From the NCBI RefSeq assembly GCF_035575815.1, contig NZ_DATLXO010000120.1, positions 4,234-68,233 on the forward strand: a DNA stretch of 64,000 nucleotides, given 5' to 3'. The position numbers were made by a program, and so were the translations under genes. Below the pieces are notes generated by a model. That model worked only from the letters and a program-made list of their open reading frames with translations, searched no databases and was not told where the DNA came from. Origin of the DNA: Iamia sp. (GTDB taxonomy: Bacteria > Actinomycetota > Acidimicrobiia > Acidimicrobiales > Iamiaceae). This document shows positions 63,382-64,000 of this stretch, piece after piece (the stretch's first letter is position 1; every line of letters starts with the position of its first letter).

Positions 63382-63795
63382 ATGAGCCGAGAGGCGCGCC
63401 GGCCACCGCCTGTCGACGACCTCGACACGCCCGAAGAGATCGCCGAGATGGTCCGCCGGTTCTACCAGGACGTGGCCCAGGACGACCTGCTGGGCCCGCT
63501 GTTCAACGACGTGGCCCGGGTCGACTGGAGCGAGCACCTGCCGAAGCTCACCCGGTTCTGGTGTCGGGCCCTGCTCGGCATCGAGGGCTACACGGGTAAC
63601 CCGTTTCGCGCCCATGCGCTGGTCAACGAACGGTCGCCGTTCACCCTGGAGCACTTCGAGCGTTGGCTGGAGCTCTTCCACGACACTGTGGAGCTGGGCT
63701 GGGTCGGGCCCAACTCCGATCGCGCGTTGGCGCTGGCCCGGAACGTGGCCCGGGTCCACAGCAACCAGCTCGTGGGGACGCCGGTCGATGCGTGA
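63382..63795 (+). CDS. group III truncated haemoglobin
   Basis: DTPEEIAEMVRRFYQDVAQDDLLGPLFN.....DW.EHL.KLT.FWC..LLG...Y.GNPF.AH......SPFT.EHFERWLELFHDTV...W.GP....A...A. 137 aa. Paralogue of the C-terminal half of 55895-56653. Confidence 0.85.
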   Translation: MSREARRPPPVDDLDTPEEIAEMVRRFYQDVAQDDLLGPLFNDVARVDWSEHLPKLTRFWCRALLGIEGYTGNPFRAHALVNERSPFTLEHFERWLELFHDTVELGWVGPNSDRALALARNVARVHSNQLVGTPVDA

Positions 63796-63853
63796 TCGCC
63801 AGGCACCGGCCCTGGCAACGTCCGGGCATCGACACGGCGTCGAGGTCGGCGCC

Positions 63854-64000
63854 GTGACCGGGTCATGGGAGCGCGCGGATGGCGAGGAGCTCGATGCGGC
63901 CGGGATGGGCGGCGACCCGCCGTGTTGGGCCGGGATCGTGGAGGACCACCGAGACGAGGATCCCGACGACGGGGTCGATCCGGTCGACGCGCTGCCGCGG
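63854..64000 (+). CDS. 5-prime end of an unidentified CDS (partial)
   Basis: GTG 63854: VTGSWERADGEELDAAGMGGDPPCWAGIVEDHRDEDPDDGVDPVDALPR. The frame has very high GC3 and runs off the window. No family recognised. Confidence 0.3.
   Translation, partial: MTGSWERADGEELDAAGMGGDPPCWAGIVEDHRDEDPDDGVDPVDALPR

Overview
High-GC (about 70% by eye) actinobacterial chromosomal segment. Markers for that assignment are the mycothiol synthase mshD, pdtaR next to polA, a DevRS/DosRS-like two-component system and an LAxTG sorting signal. The many 300-1100 aa ORFs rich in R/G/P/A are mirror or out-of-frame artefacts of real genes. I called genes from recognisable protein families, GC3-consistent frames and stop/start coupling. 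Backbone genes: polA (partial), pdtaR, tRNA-Leu(CAA), bcp, glbO; a split minus-strand trp/his supercluster (trpA-B-F-C, trpE, hisI, hisF, hisA-H-B-C-D); nth, mshD, rlmN; a lytic transglycosylase; two tandem fadD-like ligases; and menaquinone genes (menG, menF, thioesterase, menD, menH). Accessory content of most interest: (1) An ~11-gene minus-strand nitrogen-oxide island (55.2-63.0 kb). Its first six genes are chained by overlapping stop/start codons and encode an unusual membrane-associated Nas/NarB-type molybdoenzyme (NarI-like cytochrome b, MopB, 4x[4Fe-4S], Tat-anchored Rieske, 2-TM protein, HPP transporter). They are followed by RIC/YtfE, a DUF1971-truncated-haemoglobin fusion, an HMA-like protein and a minimal HiPIP. 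A DosRS-like system lies next to the island, and three DosR-box-like palindromes sit at matching positions. (2) A ~4 kb toxin-antitoxin/pseudogene island splits the men cluster. (3) A GT2 synthase / GH lipoprotein locus is preceded by a 78-aa LAxTG mini-protein and, divergently, by a candidate ~100-nt sRNA with C-rich loops. (4) Several intergenic repeat families are present, including a 50-nt palindromic REP-like element at two loci. Eight accessory genes (four of them TA components) carry frameshifts or deletions, while every core gene I checked is intact. All family assignments are from motif recognition by eye; no searches were run.
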